A program made the position numbers and the translations under genes. From a plasmid, in the sequence record NZ_CP090008.1: 64,000 nucleotides of DNA; one strand, 5' to 3'. The notes under the pieces were generated by a model, which was not told the origin of the DNA, ran no database searches, and saw nothing but the letters and a program-made list of their open reading frames with translations. Each line of letters begins with the position of its first letter. Position 1 is the stretch's first letter. Positions 20,509 through 29,983 of the stretch are shown here, in pieces.

Positions 20509-21105
20509 TTAATCTGGTGGAAAATAGCCCAACTGCTCAGCGATATGAATCGCCTCCTGCCTGTTAGTCACTCCAAATTTTGAAAAGATATTGGCCAAGT
20601 GATTGGAAACTGTACGTTTACTCACATCGACCTTGTCACAGACATCATCAATGGTCAAGCCATTTCTAACCAATTCTAGTATCTCGATTTCTCGTGGTGT
20701 TAGCACCTCTACCATCACTTCATCTGAAAAGACCTTACCACCTAGATAAATCTTTTCCAGTTTTTTCACCAACTCATCTGGGTTCATGCTTTTATCCAGA
20801 AAACCATAAGCCCCCATAGCTTTAGCTCGGTGTTCATACATCTTTTTGCTGTATCCCGTCAAAATTACAACCTTACTAGAGCAACCATTGTCGATAATCT
20901 CTTGTGCCAAGGTCAGCCCATCATCTTGATACAGACTCGTCAGGTTGATGTCAATCAAAATAATGTCGTAGTCATTAAAAGCAATCTTCGAAATAGTCGA
21001 AAAATTATCCACTAACTGGACCTTTTTAATGTTTTCCGATAACTCTAAAATCATCTTGATACTTTGGCTAAATAATTTATGATCATCAATTAACAAAATT
21101 TTCAT
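20509..21105 (-). CDS. pldR: Response regulator, NarL/LuxR family (REC plus LuxR HTH)
   Basis: MKILLIDDHKLF…DIILIDINL (REC Asp) and the C-terminal LuxR HTH VSKRTVSNHLANIFSKFGVTNRQEA. Start ATG at 21105 with RBS AAGGAG. Confidence 0.8.
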   Translation of the reverse strand: MKILLIDDHKLFSQSIKMILELSENIKKVQLVDNFSTISKIAFNDYDIILIDINLTSLYQDDGLTLAQEIIDNGCSSKVVILTGYSKKMYEHRAKAMGAYGFLDKSMNPDELVKKLEKIYLGGKVFSDEVMVEVLTPREIEILELVRNGLTIDDVCDKVDVSKRTVSNHLANIFSKFGVTNRQEAIHIAEQLGYFPPD

Positions 21106-22660
21106 AACACAACTCCTTATCAATCGGGAGAGAAATTTCTACACGAAATCTCTTATTATTTTCAAAAATCTGCATCTGACCACCTAAAACACTAATTTTA
21201 TTAGACATATTTTTCAAGCCATAACCTAAGGATTTTTCTGTTTGAAGGCAGTCATTTTCAGAAATGATAAAAATAGCGTCATCATGCACATCAATCTTCA
21301 AAGAAATCGTTCCACCACTAGCGTACTTAACGGCATTGGTCGCCAACTCCTCAACCAGACGATAGGCAATTTTATCGTAAGGAGATAAAAGCCTAAAGTG
21401 GTCAGGAAACTGTGTGACGACTTCATTTTCTGCGTGATAGCGCTTGACAATCCGATTAATCAGCCCTTGATACTGGATGTCTAACTGCTCGTCTGTTTCT
21501 ACCATTGGCTGATAATAATCCATCCGCTCACGAATCCGCTGAACCAACTCCTCTGTCACCAGATTGATCTGTTCACCAAAAGCTTGATTGCTACTATATT
21601 GATTGAAATTTTTTATCGCCATCACATTTTGCAGGATTTCATTGTGAAGAAATTCGGAGAACTGTTGTTCTGTGTCTTCATTTGCCAGCAGACTTTTCAC
21701 CATACGATTACGCTTTAAAAAGAGAACTTTTACATAATCCCTAGCATCTAGCATTTCAGCAGAACGAAAGAGGCGAATCAATTCTTCCGAACAAATCCCG
21801 AACAATAGTAACATGATATTCAAGACCAAAAAGCTCGTGTTTAAGTCTAGACGAAAAATGATGAAAATACCTACTAACAAAAATATAACTAGTAAAAACA
21901 AGTGTGAAAAAGCTTTTATATAGGACAATTTCAACTCTGATACCTTTTTTTGAAGAGAGCTGACAATCGTTTTGAAGTGTACAAAAGCTAAGATACCAAG
22001 AATTTCTAGATACCAGACTAGGTTCATCACTCCTGAGCCCATCGTATTGATATACAAAAAGAAATAAGAAAGAGGCAATATCAAAGCTAATATCCACAAA
22101 TTTCGTCTCTGATACTTGAGCTTGCTTTTCAACTCTTTATGATATAAAATCAGTAAAATCAAGGGAACAAGGTTTAAAAAGAAAGACGCAAACAAGGACA
22201 GAAATAGAAAAATTGAAGGACTTAACAGATACGAACTAATGGTGATTAGTGTCAACACAAAGGACACACTCAACAGTTCTTCTCCTATTTTCTCTCCCAG
22301 AAAGATAATAGACAGAGAACTATACACCAATAAAAAAGAGTTGAGCGGATGAAGAATATCAAAAAAGTACAACAGGGTGCTCGCAACTCCTTGATTAAAT
22401 ATGGATTGCCAGCTAATGAGAAACATCATCAGGAGCAACCAAAGTTTCAACTCACTATACCGAAAGGTCACAATATTACAAATATAGCTAAATACAATTA
22501 AGGCAATAATCAGCAATAAAACCATCTGTAAGGAAAAATCTGTCGAAAAATCCAGAGGAATCCTATAATAAATATAAATCATCAAAGTTAGATGATTAAA
22601 AATCGTCAACCACCACAATAAAAGTGAGTTTTTCGATATCAATTTGACAAACTGTTTCAT
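21086..22660 (-). CDS. pldK: Polytopic membrane sensor histidine kinase
   Basis: About 10 TM segments followed by a HisKA_3-like H box (…FLHNEILQNVMAIK…) and an HATPase_c region (ELATNAVKYASGG…GYGLKNM). Overlaps the response-regulator gene by 20 nt. Confidence 0.75.
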   Translation of the reverse strand: MKQFVKLISKNSLLLWWLTIFNHLTLMIYIYYRIPLDFSTDFSLQMVLLLIIALIVFSYICNIVTFRYSELKLWLLLMMFLISWQSIFNQGVASTLLYFFDILHPLNSFLLVYSSLSIIFLGEKIGEELLSVSFVLTLITISSYLLSPSIFLFLSLFASFFLNLVPLILLILYHKELKSKLKYQRRNLWILALILPLSYFFLYINTMGSGVMNLVWYLEILGILAFVHFKTIVSSLQKKVSELKLSYIKAFSHLFLLVIFLLVGIFIIFRLDLNTSFLVLNIMLLLFGICSEELIRLFRSAEMLDARDYVKVLFLKRNRMVKSLLANEDTEQQFSEFLHNEILQNVMAIKNFNQYSSNQAFGEQINLVTEELVQRIRERMDYYQPMVETDEQLDIQYQGLINRIVKRYHAENEVVTQFPDHFRLLSPYDKIAYRLVEELATNAVKYASGGTISLKIDVHDDAIFIISENDCLQTEKSLGYGLKNMSNKISVLGGQMQIFENNKRFRVEISLPIDKELCYENFVN

Positions 22661-22740
22661 AAGTATCCACTTCCTGAACTACTTTAATATCAGTATAACA
22701 CAATACCAGAATTGTCGGATAGGCAACTCTGGTATTTGAC

Positions 22741-24756
22741 TTATTTTTCAATAATTTGCCAACTTACTCTGTAAGTCACTAGCAGGTAAAGGACAAAGAG
22801 TAAAACCGCTACTCCCAGATAGGTGATATCAATAGAAATGCTGGTATTAGCGAAATTCTCAAAATAGCCCAAAAGAGCTGTACTCAAGGCAAGTGCTAGC
22901 GGACCAGCGATAACCAGCGGAACCAAGAAATAACTTAGAATCTGTTGCAAAAGAATAGAGCGATTTTGCTTTCTCTTATTCCCAAGAAGGTATAAGATTT
23001 GATAATCATTGACACTTTCCAAAGAACTTGTAGAAGTTTGAAGTGACAAGATACTGAGGGAAATAATGATAAAAATAACACTGACAAAAATCATGACAAA
23101 GACGATGACGCCCATAAATCCAAGATAAATCTCAAAAATTCTTCCTTTCGTTTGATAGGTGAACGGATTCAACTCTGCTCCATCACGAGTGAAGTAGTAT
23201 TTTTCTATCCACTGACTTAAGAATGTTTCTACTTTCCGTTTGTCGATATTTTCTTTGAAATTGGCAACATAGGTCGTGTGGTCTTCCATCAATCCAACTA
23301 CTACCTTATCTGGTACAATTAAGGTTCCTGTGTCATTTGTACCCACTGACGATAAAAAGTAAACTGTTTCAAGTGGCTTTGAAGACGCAAGATTAAGAGA
23401 ATAACCGTTAATCATGAGGGTTTTTGTCGTTAATAGAAAGTCCTGAATCTGCTTGGCAGTTCCTTTATAGTTAGCATTGACCAGAAATTGGTTATCTGCC
23501 AAGTCAACCTCTCTTTCACCTTGCAGTTTGCGGAGATGATTGTAGGCAGAAATTCCTAAAATCGGTACTTTTGATTTAGGAAGTTCCTTATCATGCGCCC
23601 AGAGATTGCTAGTATCAATCAAATCTTTATAGGTTAAATCACTAGAATAGATAGGATAGCTGTACTCCTCTTTGAAGAGGTTAAAGTCAAATCCATCTGC
23701 TTTCAATCTGTCTTTGACAGATTCCTGAGAAAACTGGAACTCTTGACCACGATAAAGATTGACAGATACGTCATAAGGTGAGTATTTGTTCAGCTCTCGG
23801 TTCATAGTCGTATAGGCACTACCACTAAAAACTAGTAAGCTGAGAGCCAGTGTCAAGGTCAAGGATAAGACAGCCAACGTGACCGAATTACTATCAGCTT
23901 GTTTTGAAAATTGACGAATTTTAAAACTGTTTAGTTTGTTATAGTAGGTTTGAGGCAGTTTTCTAAGGGAAACCAAGATAAAATGGCTCAAGGTATTGTA
24001 AAATAAAATCACAAAAATCACGAAGACAGATACTAGCAAGATACCCCAACTTTTCAAGAGTGATAGATGGTGATAGTCTGAAAAATAGAAAGCACCAAAA
24101 CCGATAACAGCTGTCGAAAGAATAAAGAGAAGTGCTTGAAGAACTGGCTTGCCTTTTGCCAAGACAGATTTCTTGACCCCATTTTCTTGAATGAGTGCAA
24201 TGATATTCTGCTTTCTAAAGGTAAGAATGTCCATGACACCAACAATAAAACTGGTTACCAAATAGGAATAAACTAGTAAGATGACAGACTTGCTATCAAA
24301 GAAAAGCAGACTACCAAAGTAATTGGCCATAAAAAACTCAGATGCAATCTTAGCTAGAATGACCAGTAAGATCACTCCAAGCAAGAAACCTAGAATCAAG
24401 GAAAAGATATTGACCAGCATGGTTTCAAAGAACAGGGTACGGATAATCTGCCTCTTCTTCATTCCCAGCGTTGCATAAAGTCCCAGCTCTTTCTTGCGCC
24501 GTCCCAGGACAAAGTTTGTGGAATAAACGACGAGAAAGGCAATCGCCGATAGAATCAGATAGGAAAGCAAGCCCATGTACTGGCTCATCACCGTCGTTAA
24601 CATTTCCTTTGCTCCTGATAAACTTTGCATCACTGGATGGCTAGGTAAAGCATTAAAAGCGTAGAGCAAGCTATAAATCAAGGTCAGACTGAAAAAATAG
24701 ATGGTATAGGTCTGTAAATTTCGAAATACATTTCGTAAAATCAATTTTGGATACAT
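22741..24756 (-). CDS. pldE: FtsX/BceB-type ABC permease with 10 TM helices and a large extracellular loop; probably lantibiotic immunity
   Basis: 671 aa. FtsX-like TM bundles at both ends. Adjacent to the MacB/BceA-type ATPase gene. Confidence 0.7.
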   Translation of the reverse strand: MYPKLILRNVFRNLQTYTIYFFSLTLIYSLLYAFNALPSHPVMQSLSGAKEMLTTVMSQYMGLLSYLILSAIAFLVVYSTNFVLGRRKKELGLYATLGMKKRQIIRTLFFETMLVNIFSLILGFLLGVILLVILAKIASEFFMANYFGSLLFFDSKSVILLVYSYLVTSFIVGVMDILTFRKQNIIALIQENGVKKSVLAKGKPVLQALLFILSTAVIGFGAFYFSDYHHLSLLKSWGILLVSVFVIFVILFYNTLSHFILVSLRKLPQTYYNKLNSFKIRQFSKQADSNSVTLAVLSLTLTLALSLLVFSGSAYTTMNRELNKYSPYDVSVNLYRGQEFQFSQESVKDRLKADGFDFNLFKEEYSYPIYSSDLTYKDLIDTSNLWAHDKELPKSKVPILGISAYNHLRKLQGEREVDLADNQFLVNANYKGTAKQIQDFLLTTKTLMINGYSLNLASSKPLETVYFLSSVGTNDTGTLIVPDKVVVGLMEDHTTYVANFKENIDKRKVETFLSQWIEKYYFTRDGAELNPFTYQTKGRIFEIYLGFMGVIVFVMIFVSVIFIIISLSILSLQTSTSSLESVNDYQILYLLGNKRKQNRSILLQQILSYFLVPLVIAGPLALALSTALLGYFENFANTSISIDITYLGVAVLLFVLYLLVTYRVSWQIIEK

Positions 24757-24768
24757 ACTCTCCTCCTC

Positions 24769-25506
24769 CTATCTGGTACGGCTGTAAATCTCTTGCAAAT
24801 ACTGTTCATTAGATAAGCTGTTACGTTCCAAATCATCCATAATCTTTCCATCGCTAAGTAGCACCATCCGTGAAGAGTACTTGGCTGCGGCAGGGTCATG
24901 CGTAACCAGTAAAATGGTAATACCAAAACTTTTATTGATTTCCTGCAAAAGTACCATCAGTTTTTCAGAATTGGCAGAGTCCAAGGCTCCTGTCGGCTCA
25001 TCTGCGATAATCAGTTTAGAATCATCAATCAAGGCTCTAGCAGTTGCCACGCGTTGCCGCTGACCACCTGATAACTGATTAGGAAACTTATCTTTTAAGT
25101 TTTGGATGGCCAACTTATCCAAAATTTCCTCAATCTTATCCTGATGTTTTTTGATAGTTTTCCCCTGAATTTGAAGAGGTAGAACAATATTTTCATAAAC
25201 TGTCAAGGTTTCCACCAAGTTGTAAGCTTGGAAAATATAGGAAATGTTTTTAGCACGATAGTCAGCTAGTTCATTTTCCTTGGCATGGATGATGTCAAAA
25301 TCTTCAAATCGAATCTCACCTGATGTTGGTTTATCAATCGTTGAAATACAGTTGAGAAGTGTTGTTTTTCCACTACCACTAGCCCCCATAATTGCCAGAA
25401 ATTCACCTTTTTCAACGGACAAGTTCACATCTAATAAAGCATGAACGATATTATCCCCTTGACCAAATGTTTTCGTTAAGCCTGTCACATTAAGCTGTTT
25501 CATCAT
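24769..25506 (-). CDS. pldF: ABC transporter ATP-binding protein, BceA/MacB-like
   Basis: Walker A GASGSGKTTL, signature LSGGQRQRVATARAL, Walker B LIIADEPTGALD. Confidence 0.85.
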   Translation of the reverse strand: MMKQLNVTGLTKTFGQGDNIVHALLDVNLSVEKGEFLAIMGASGSGKTTLLNCISTIDKPTSGEIRFEDFDIIHAKENELADYRAKNISYIFQAYNLVETLTVYENIVLPLQIQGKTIKKHQDKIEEILDKLAIQNLKDKFPNQLSGGQRQRVATARALIDDSKLIIADEPTGALDSANSEKLMVLLQEINKSFGITILLVTHDPAAAKYSSRMVLLSDGKIMDDLERNSLSNEQYLQEIYSRTR

Positions 25507-25593
25507 TTCATTCCTCCGTTTCTTTTTTACACTCTCATTATACGGTTTCTTTCAAGGTTTGCCATGAGTATTTTGTGCAATATATTTATGCTA

Positions 25594-25624
25594 TAAAAAA
25601 AGCCGATACTTTTTAGGTATCGGT
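25594..25624 (-). terminator. Rho-independent terminator downstream of the 35-aa peptide gene
   Basis: ccgatac/gtatcgg stem followed by CUUUUUUUAU on the minus strand. Confidence 0.55.
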
Positions 25625-25633
25625 CGATATTGA

Positions 25634-25741
25634 TTATTTTCGATTGTTTCTTTTTTTCATAAAGTAAACAATCCCTATGACAATAACTCCTAAGACCAGT
25701 ACAGGTGCATAGAAGTCTAGTGTTCCAATAATCCCTTCCAT
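25634..25741 (-). CDS. Unannotated 35-aa single-TM peptide (MEGIIGTLDFYAPVLVLGVIVIGIVYFMKKRNNRK)
   Basis: Strong RBS (caGGAGGataaaATG), a hydrophobic helix with a basic tail, and its own terminator. Lies between lanA4 and the immunity ABC genes. Below the ORF-track length cut-off. Confidence 0.5.
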   Translation of the reverse strand: MEGIIGTLDFYAPVLVLGVIVIGIVYFMKKRNNRK

Positions 25742-25772
25742 TTTATCCTCCTGTCAAAGAATAGAGGTGGTT

Positions 25773-25949
25773 TTATCCACAGCGCACGTTTGGCGAAGTA
25801 CATTCATAAGAATGTGTAAACCACCAACCACAGCGACCCTGTACTGTTAATCTAACAGCCGTACTCCACCCAGCAGCAGATTTACCATTCAACTCTTGGC
25901 TATTAATTTCATAATCCAAAGAATCAATCTCAAAGTTATCTTGTTTCAT
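25773..25949 (-). CDS. pldA4: Lanthipeptide precursor LanA4, 58 aa; missed by the ORF track
   Basis: MKQDNFEIDSLDYEINSQELNGKSAAG|WSTAVRLTVQGRCGWWFTHSYECTSPNVRCG. The leader (EIDxLxxE, ELxGKS) and the Cys/Thr/Ser-rich core are paralogous to the three upstream peptides. Confidence 0.75.
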   Translation of the reverse strand: MKQDNFEIDSLDYEINSQELNGKSAAGWSTAVRLTVQGRCGWWFTHSYECTSPNVRCG

Positions 25950-26035
25950 TTGTATTTATCCTCGTAAATATAACACTAAATCAAAGTGTTGTCAATGTTT
26001 TGTAATAAAATACTAGAATTTTCCTTTTGTTTTAT

Positions 26036-26218
26036 CTAACAATGAACATTATTTGTCGTACACTCATAGGAACAGGTGAAACACAATCCACAGCGACCTG
26101 CTAGTGTCATTTTAAAAGCTGTGTACCACCAGCCAGATCCTGAGGTACCATTGAGTTCCTGATTGTCAATTTCAAATTCAAGCGTATCAATCTCAGTATT
26201 TACTTTTTTACTTTTCAT
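26036..26218 (-). CDS. pldA3: Lanthipeptide precursor LanA3, 60 aa from MKSKKVN
   Basis: MKSKKVNTEIDTLEFEIDNQELNGTSGSGWWYTAFKMTLAGRCGLCFTCSYECTTNNVHC. The ORF-track N-terminal extension starts at a TTG and is unlikely. Confidence 0.75.
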   Translation of the reverse strand: MKSKKVNTEIDTLEFEIDNQELNGTSGSGWWYTAFKMTLAGRCGLCFTCSYECTTNNVHC

Positions 26219-26379
26219 AATTTTACTCCGTAAATTTCTTTCATTCCGTTCATATTTTCCGTAAACCTGTATATAGTCCTTCAGTCTACTCTCAAACCAA
26301 AGGACTATAACAAGTTTCAAATTGAAAAATGAATCCTATAGAAACAAATCTACATCAAACTTTTTAGTGGTGAGAAAAA

Positions 26380-26562
26380 CTAGCCACACTTCACATTGTT
26401 CGTTGTGCATTCATAAGATCCTGTAAACCAACGTCCACAACGTCCCGCCAATGTAAGTTGAACAGCTGTAAACCAACCAGAACCTGATTTACCAGAAAGC
26501 TCTTGGTTTTTTACTTCAAAATCAAGTGTATCAATTTCTTTACGATTGTTATTTTTTCTCAT
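26380..26562 (-). CDS. pldA2: Lanthipeptide precursor LanA2
   Basis: MRKNNNRKEIDTLDFEVKNQELSGKSGSGWFTAVQLTLAGRCGRWFTGSYECTTNNVKCG. Confidence 0.8.
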   Translation of the reverse strand: MRKNNNRKEIDTLDFEVKNQELSGKSGSGWFTAVQLTLAGRCGRWFTGSYECTTNNVKCG

Positions 26563-26719
26563 TTTCTTCTACTCCTACTCACTATGGTTTAAACCTAGTT
26601 CTATACTCTCCAAAGAAAATGAAAATTTAAGTAAAAGAATCATTAAAAACAGTTTAATTTCTACAAAGTTATATTAACTTAAAATTTCATTTTCAAATTG
26701 ATGAGCATCGAAATCTAGG

Positions 26720-26902
26720 CTATCCGCATTTCACATTGTTCGTTGTGCATTCGAAAGAACCTGTGAACCAACGTCCACAACGTCCCGCCAATGTAAGTTG
26801 AACAGCTGTAAACCAACCAGAACCTGATTTCCCGGAAAGTTCTTGGTTTTCAACCTCGAAACTTAGAGAATCAATCTCTGGACGACTTGTATTTTTAGCC
26901 AT
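26720..26902 (-). CDS. pldA1: Lanthipeptide precursor LanA1
   Basis: MAKNTSRPEIDSLSFEVENQELSGKSGSGWFTAVQLTLAGRCGRWFTGSFECTTNNVKCG. RBS GGAGG. Confidence 0.8.
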   Translation of the reverse strand: MAKNTSRPEIDSLSFEVENQELSGKSGSGWFTAVQLTLAGRCGRWFTGSFECTTNNVKCG

Positions 26903-27257
26903 AAGGTTGCCTCCTTCCTTCTTTTAGATGATCATCTTTACAGTAACTAGTATAAACTCTAGTATTGGCTAAGTAATGAGTAAATCGTGCAAGTTTCTTA
27001 TTTTCGAGAAAAATTTTTATAGTGCCCAAAAAAAAACCTGCCAAATTAATTTTTGGTAGGGTTTTTGGTAGGAAACTAAATTAATTTATCAGTTTCTAAA
27101 ATGTGTTCACGATTCTAAAAGGCTGATACTATAGTATTCCGAATTCTATTTGGTATATGCCTCTTATTTAAGACTAATTATATCTCCCGCATTTGCTAAT
27201 AACAGTAAAGTGCTTCTTCAGAAAAACTTATATTAAATTCGTATTAAGCATATAGTA

Positions 27258-28480
27258 AACATATTAAGACTAGTAGTGAAGAAATTTCCGACGGGAGAGA
27301 GTACTCACTACTTTTTCTTTATGTTAAAGTAGTGGTGTCTTGTAAAGTCGTAGGAATCTATGGTACTAGACGTCGAGTATTGAAAATGAAATCACTAAAA
27401 CATGGAATTATTCAAGACAAAAGAGGTAATGTCATGCGTGCAGTATTTGGAATTGATGTAAGTAAAACAAGTTCTGAGGTGGCAATTTTAGTCAACTGTT
27501 AGAAGGTTCATGGCTACACCATACTCAATGATGCCACTGGATTCAATAGCCTGTTGGGTGACTTAAAAACTGTTCATAATCCTGAGATTATATTTGAGAC
27601 TACAGGCTTCTATTCTCGACGTCTTCAAGCCTTTCTTGAGGAATATAGTTACGCTTACACTCAGCTAAATCCGCTGGAAGCTAAGAAGTAATTGAATAGT
27701 TTGTGAGTTCGTAAAGCAGATAAAATTGACGCTGAAAAGTTGGCTAATTCTTAGCTTGTGCACAATCGTAAACCAACTTACGTGCAGCAAGAAGTTTATC
27801 AACACCTACGTGATTTAAGCCGTTTCTATCAAAATATGAATGAAGATCTTGTTCGAGCTAAAAATCGTCTGCACAAGGTTCTACAAATCACTTTTCCTGA
27901 ATTGGAGAATCTATTATCCACACCTACTTGAGAGCAATATTGGAACTTAGTGATGGCTTTTCCATGCAAAGAGTTTGTATTAAGCATATCTCTAAGTGAC
28001 TTGTGTGAGATTATCCAGCAATCTACCTCAAAACGTATCTCTTAAAAGAGTATTGCTTACCTGACTGATAAACTTTTAAAACTCGCTAAACAATCTTTTT
28101 GTGCAATCAAGAAAACCTCTCCAATGCTTGAAGAGGTTCGTTCCTATTCTCAAGAATTACTTCGTCTTTCTGAACGCAGACAAGTTGTCTTAAACGACAT
28201 GGTAGCTCTAGCTCAGCCTTTACCAGAGCATGACATCTTACGGTCAATTCCTGACATCGCAGAAACCACAGTGAAATCTAACATAGGCGAATTGGGAAAT
28301 ATTCGTTGCTTTCAGTCTACCAATTCATGCAATATTGCTGACTTTTATGAGAAACGAAAAAGACAATACCTTTAACAAATCCTCATGCAGTTCCATCAAT
28401 ACATCGTCTCATTCAGACAATGTTTTACCTCAAGTACCTAACCTTTATCATCCCTGCTAAAAAAACGATCAAGTTTGACT
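27258..28480 (+). pseudogene. IS110-family insertion sequence with several in-frame stops in the transposase
   Basis: MRAVFGIDVSKTSSEV…: an IS110 N-terminus (DEDD RuvC-like) interrupted by TAG/TAA/TGA codons at about 27500, 27690, 27760 and 27930. The 3' part 28124-28375 is an intact ORF. The ends match the fragments at 1203-2104. Confidence 0.7.
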
Positions 28481-28673
28481 ATCCATTTAATTGTATCTCC
28501 TTATAAATAGGGTCTCGTTTTTTTGAGTGATTAATTTCTAAGTTACTATGAAGAATATAGCATTAGCTTTAAACACCCCTTCACATAATATTTTGTGTCT
28601 AAAAAGTATTGATTTGTCTTAGGCCTGAAAAGTACTTAAAATTATATCCCTTCCCCTTTATTCATTCTAAATA

Positions 28674-29402
28674 CTATTTAAATACTACACTTTCTGAGTT
28701 GTATAATAGTTTACCGCTAGAGAAACGAAGTTGAGAACTCCTTAAAAATCTTTTTTCAATCACTTCATCTACTGCAGCATCGTCAAAATGGATGACTTCT
28801 CCGACTTTTTTCAAACATCCAGCTTCACTTGAATCAAGTAAGCTAAAGATTTTCGCTAGATCTGGAACTTCTCCGACACCAGCGTATTTAAACAATTCGG
28901 CTAGAGGAATGTAATTAGTTAGCGTCTTAAGTGGTAAATTCTTAACATATTCCCTACAACCTTTCATGAAGGCTAATTTTTTTACTTCATTTTGTTGACG
29001 ACTATTTGTCAAACTAGAAATCCTTACTTGGACTTCTTTTGAAGCTAGGTTATTTTGTCCCGCAAGCAACATATCAAATAGCATATATTGATAGTACGTT
29101 GATATCACATCTTTAGCTATGGCTTTAGCTTCAGTCTCTGGTTTTCCCTCTTCGATTAGCTTTCTCCAGAGTTTATCAGAAATATCTCTAGTTGCCTGAT
29201 AAAACCATGGTGATCCAAACTTCTTATATCGAGTAATTGCAAATGGTCCTTCTGAATCAAGCATATACTCAATAATGGTTCGGCATAGGTCATCATTAAA
29301 TTTATAAATAAATGATTCTAACTTTTCTTCTAGGTCTTCTAAAGTAATTATCTTTGGATTATTGGCTGCTGTTGTCATTGTCCTACTCTTATTTTCAATC
29401 AA
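28674..29402 (-). CDS. Hypothetical protein, 242 aa, downstream of the cro-like gene
   Basis: ORF co-oriented with the small HTH gene. No family recognised. Confidence 0.45.
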   Translation of the reverse strand: MIENKSRTMTTAANNPKIITLEDLEEKLESFIYKFNDDLCRTIIEYMLDSEGPFAITRYKKFGSPWFYQATRDISDKLWRKLIEEGKPETEAKAIAKDVISTYYQYMLFDMLLAGQNNLASKEVQVRISSLTNSRQQNEVKKLAFMKGCREYVKNLPLKTLTNYIPLAELFKYAGVGEVPDLAKIFSLLDSSEAGCLKKVGEVIHFDDAAVDEVIEKRFLRSSQLRFSSGKLLYNSESVVFK

Positions 29403-29445
29403 AAAAATTGGTATTTACTTCGTTACACTTGATTAGTAATTAATA

Positions 29446-29634
29446 TTATCTTGTTCCTAAAATATCGTCAGTAGATACACCAAAATACTCGGCTATAGCT
29501 ATAACGTTTTCCATACGTATATTAGCTCCATTCTCCCACTTGTCAATAGTCCCTGCATCGACATCTAGGTCATGAGCTAAGGTTTTCTTTGACAATTTCC
29601 GTCGTTGTCTCAAGTCCGAAATAATATTTCCCAT
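29446..29634 (-). CDS. Cro/XRE-family HTH regulator, 62 aa
   Basis: LSKKTLAHDLDVDAGTIDKWENG is a classic XRE HTH. Divergent from the CI-like repressor gene across a 350-bp AT-rich intergenic switch region. Confidence 0.75.
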   Translation of the reverse strand: MGNIISDLRQRRKLSKKTLAHDLDVDAGTIDKWENGANIRMENVIAIAEYFGVSTDDILGTR

Positions 29635-29983
29635 GTATATATAACCTGCCTAATCAATATAGTCCTGAAATGATTTTACTATTTTTATGGCAAACAATCA
29701 AGAAAAGTTCATAATAAAATTACACCTAACTCATATTTTTTTAATTAAAAAGCTATGATTTTCTACTAAAACATGGATTTGTTTTAATTATAACTTAGCG
29801 TTAAATTAGTAATTATTTCATTTTCATTCAGTTTGCAACCGTCTTATATAGATATTTTATACAGTCTATAAAGTCTTTTGAATACTGTTATTTCTACATT
29901 TGTTTATTGTTTCTAAAACTGCTATAATGATTTTGATTATAAAAAATTATAATTTTTTTAGGAAGATGTTATAGGGATAATAC

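Noticed and set aside
25773-26902. Four roughly 180-bp units about 340 bp apart that could be mistaken for a noncoding repeat family
   Set aside because: Each unit is an intact ORF with an RBS, encoding paralogous lanthipeptide precursors with a conserved leader and a Cys/Ser/Thr-rich core. They are genes, not repeats.
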